Below, piece after piece: positions 61,081 to 64,000 of a stretch of DNA of 64,000 bases. Source of the stretch: Oikopleura dioica. Lineage: Eukaryota > Animalia > Chordata. Made by a program: the position numbers and the translations under genes. The notes beneath the pieces are model-generated. The model searched no databases and had not been told where the DNA came from. It was given only the letters and a program-made list of their open reading frames with translations. Within the stretch, counting starts at the first letter, position 1. Each line of letters begins with the position of its first letter. The stretch is taken from positions 12,772,001 through 12,836,000 of the forward strand of contig OU015569.1 in assembly GCA_907165135.1 (NCBI GenBank), in the 5' to 3' direction.

Positions 61081-63471
61081 TCAGGCTCTTTTGACCGGTT
61101 CTTCGTTGGCAAATAGTTTTTGGAAGTTGCCGGAGAGTTTGTTGCCACGGCAGGTGCGCTCTAAATTGTAGTAGTTCGGAAGTTCCTGTAATGAGCATCA
61201 ACTAACCAATAACTGTGTTGAGACTCCACGAGCTCCCGGGAGACATGATGAATCCTTTGCTTCCAGCGCACAGTTCTTGCTCCACGGAAGAGAAAACTAA
61301 GATTGACAATTGAAATATTTTCTCCAACTTATTGCCCACCTTGTGGATCACCACTCAAGCAGGGGTCCAAGTTCTCCACCAAGCTCACTCCAGAATAGCC
61401 TCGAAAGGAGCCTTTCTTCTCGATCAGCCCGATCAGTCGACTGATGAAAGTTCCCTCAGTCGGTGGGCTTGCAATGTAAAACACCTAGAAATTAAATATT
61501 CTTCAGTAATATTTCTATGTTCTCTTACATTAATCTTCCATTCAAGAAGGATGTTGACGATAATATTAACAATAAGAGAAGGGTCGTCCTGGATGTCCTT
61601 AATCTGCTGACAGCGATCCTGAAGAATACACGATCAATTTTCAGTCAAGTATTTTATTCAATATTTTAAAGATACTTGACGAATTATTGTGGGCAATAAT
61701 TATTATAAAAAATGACTTAAAATGAAGCTAAAATACCCATTTCTGTTGATCTGCAAATGATAGAGTCTATTTAAAAAAAGTTAGTTTTTCTTCTCGCCTT
61801 TTTTATTCGCAATTCGAAAACTTACGTGGTCGTCTTTGCTCTCCGAGCCGCAGATGCTCTGGACCTTGCTGCCGAAGGAGGAGTCATCGAATCTCCAGTG
61901 CACGGCGAGATAGTTTCGAGTGCCGATCACCTCATTTACAAATTTCTCGGCGCCCGCGCGGATCGACTTCGGCCTCTGAACTATCTTGTAGATCCGGCGC
62001 ATCGCATCTGCGTCTGCTAAAGGGACTGCGATTCCGTCGTTGAAGCGTTTGTTACTTTTTCCTGGTTCATCAAAAATATATAACAAGAAGCATTACTTCC
62101 CGATTTCATCCCAAAATTAGCACAGTAACCCTCTAATTTTTTTCTCCTCAAGTAGGTTTTCTTCTCTCGGCAGCTTGTGAAGGAAACCTGAGTCAGATTG
62201 CTGAAAGAGCTTTTATAAAAAGTCCTTTCAAAAGCTCTTTTAGAAATCTGACTCAGGTTTTCCGTACAGATTGCCTAGTCAATATTAACCAATATCAACC
62301 AAATCCTGAAAGCTATGGTTTGCCTCTCCGGGTGAGGAGAAAGACCAACTGCACGAAAATCAAAGGATCGATAAGGAAAGACCCAGGCTGCACAGGAAGC
62401 GTCTGAATAAGAAGCTGCGAAGAATTCCTTAATCTTTTCCTTTACCAGTTCCGTAGAGAGCATCAAGCTTTTTTGGATCGTGAGGAACATGGAGCGCAGT
62501 CAACTGCTGGAGATTAGAAACGTCGTGGGGATGAACTTGCGCGGTGAAAAAGTCGGAAACGTGGAGATCGTTGGAGACGACGTTTCGCTTGATGAAGTCA
62601 GTCGATTCGTAAGTCTTGAGGAACTTCAACTCGCTGTAGTTCTCGAACTCCTTGAGTCGGTCGTACTGCGGCCCGGTGTTGCAATCGCGCGAGAGGAGCA
62701 CTGCATCGATTCTGCCGCCACAGAGCCGATTCGCTTCGGCGTAGCTAGCTACTGGGACCAGTCGCGCCACGGACTCGATGTCAATCACCATTTCAGGTGG
62801 CAGCAAAGCTGCATGTTCGCTGATAAGACATTTGTTAGGACATTCAAAAAGGCTTGATATTTACATTTGGTCGGCGTCGGACTCAGATGAGTGGCGGAAA
62901 AACGGCGGCACTAGCAGTGTTCGGTTCAGCTTTGCTCGAGTTAAACAAGAATTAAAGTAGTAGACATCAAGAACTGGTTTTCAAGCTTTTCTACGACACT
63001 TTTCAATTGGTCTCTATTATCTGGGTTCGGCAACCTGTGTAGAAAGCCGGAGTCAAGGTTCCAAAAAGCCGCGTATCGGAACCCTGACTCAGGTTTTATA
63101 GACAGATTGCTGAGCCTGGGATTCTTTACAAAGTGGGCTAAAAGTGGCAGCACCAAAGAAAGAGAGCATTTTTCTAAGAGTTAACTCTTTTCCTTGATCG
63201 CTAGAAAAATGGTCTCGATAAAGCCGCGGATTTGATTGTTCGGTCCCCAGATCAAAATCGGCACCAGAAAGCGGCTCCGGTCGAGATTATACTCTGGCTG
63301 GACGTTTCGAAGAGTGTCGATGTTTTTCTTCGGGAAGCAGTGTTTTTGGGATGCTTCTTCTTTTGAGAGAACTTGCTGTTGAAGAATTGGGCTGGTATTT
63401 GAGTGGAGCTTGAATTTTGGAGGCGAATCTTGGATTATTCTACTTGGCGACTGAGTTGTGAAAATCTCCAT
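61081..63471 (-). CDS. O-fucosyltransferase-like (POFUT2/GT68-type) glycosyltransferase, multi-exon
   Basis: WGPNNQIRGF, YLAVHWRF, YIASPP and SSVEQELC...FIMSPGSSWS motifs in the expected order. Confidence 0.75.
62170..62280. mobile_element. hAT-type MITE (host family), intronic
   Basis: ggaaacctgagtcagat / atctgactcaggttttcc inverted pair. Confidence 0.65.
63020..63120. mobile_element. hAT-type MITE (host family), intronic
   Basis: ctgggttcggcaacctgtgtagaaagccggagtcaagg / accctgactcaggtttt...ttgctgagcctgg. Confidence 0.7.
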
Positions 63472-64000
63472 TGGAACATCGTCTCCGAGCTAATTCAAAT
63501 CTTTATCAATCACTTTTTAAGGGAGTAGACGTCGTTAATCACATTCCCCAGCTGTTCATTATTAGTATATTTAGAATACCCTTATTTACGGATTTGCGTT
63601 CGTGTAGCGTTTTTGACAAAAACTTTTTGTTGATAAAATAAGGGTCTCGGTTGCTAACAAAGACAGCTTGGAAATCAAATTTCTAACGATATCTACCCAT
63701 ACTTATTTCCAGACAATGAGCTTTACAATCTTCTTCCAACACTGATCCAAATTAAAGCAAAGCTACGGAATTAAAACCTGCTAAATCTTTGCATTTTCTT
63801 CGGTTTCCGAAAAAATGACGAACAAAAAAATCAACAAAAAAGAGTATTTTTGGCACCTGTTCATCTCCTAACCTGTTCATTTAGAGCCCGCTGATAAGAA
63901 AGCTAAATATTTAGAATTTTGGCGCTCAGTTTTTTTTTCAATTCAAGTTTTCTGATAGGCAGAAATCGAATTCAAATGAATTTGGAATTTACTGTTACAG

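Noticed and set aside
1-64000. tRNA, rRNA or snRNA genes; prokaryotic or contaminant origin
   Set aside because: No recognisable structural RNA signature was seen. Spliceosomal introns and metazoan genes on both flanks, plus matching TSDs, show integration in an animal genome.

Overview
Eukaryotic genomic DNA. The 36-45 nt GT-AG micro-introns and compact genes suggest the larvacean tunicate Oikopleura or a relative; this is inference only. The window is dominated by one apparently very young, giant Polinton/Maverick-type virus-like element at 3887..46226 (42,340 bp). It has 718-bp terminal inverted repeats starting AGTAGT, with no mismatch found on spot-checking, and a perfect 6-bp target-site duplication (CTTATC). 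It sits inside an older MULE-like MITE that has a 9-bp TSD. The right half carries the core module: protein-primed PolB, putative double-jelly-roll major capsid, retroviral-like integrase and A32/FtsK packaging ATPase, each interrupted by a host-sized micro-intron. It also carries a 59-aa protamine-like ORF missed by the ORF track and a stand-alone ORF resembling the terminal-protein region normally fused to pPolB. The left ~20 kb is an arm of mostly co-oriented, spliced ORFans, including two predicted membrane glycoproteins and a ~1,200-aa Cys-rich protein. I could not recognise an adenain protease or a penton. PolB has an in-frame stop and a 1-nt frameshift, which may be real lesions or assembly errors. 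The host flanks contain a SET-domain (LSMT-like) gene, a DHHC palmitoyltransferase, a membrane ORFan, a tandem fibrinogen-domain gene, an F5/8C-domain gene and an O-fucosyltransferase-like gene. They also contain many hAT-type MITEs and a 2.2-kb non-autonomous hAT element carrying a hairpin minisatellite. All protein assignments are by motif recognition by eye; no database search was run.
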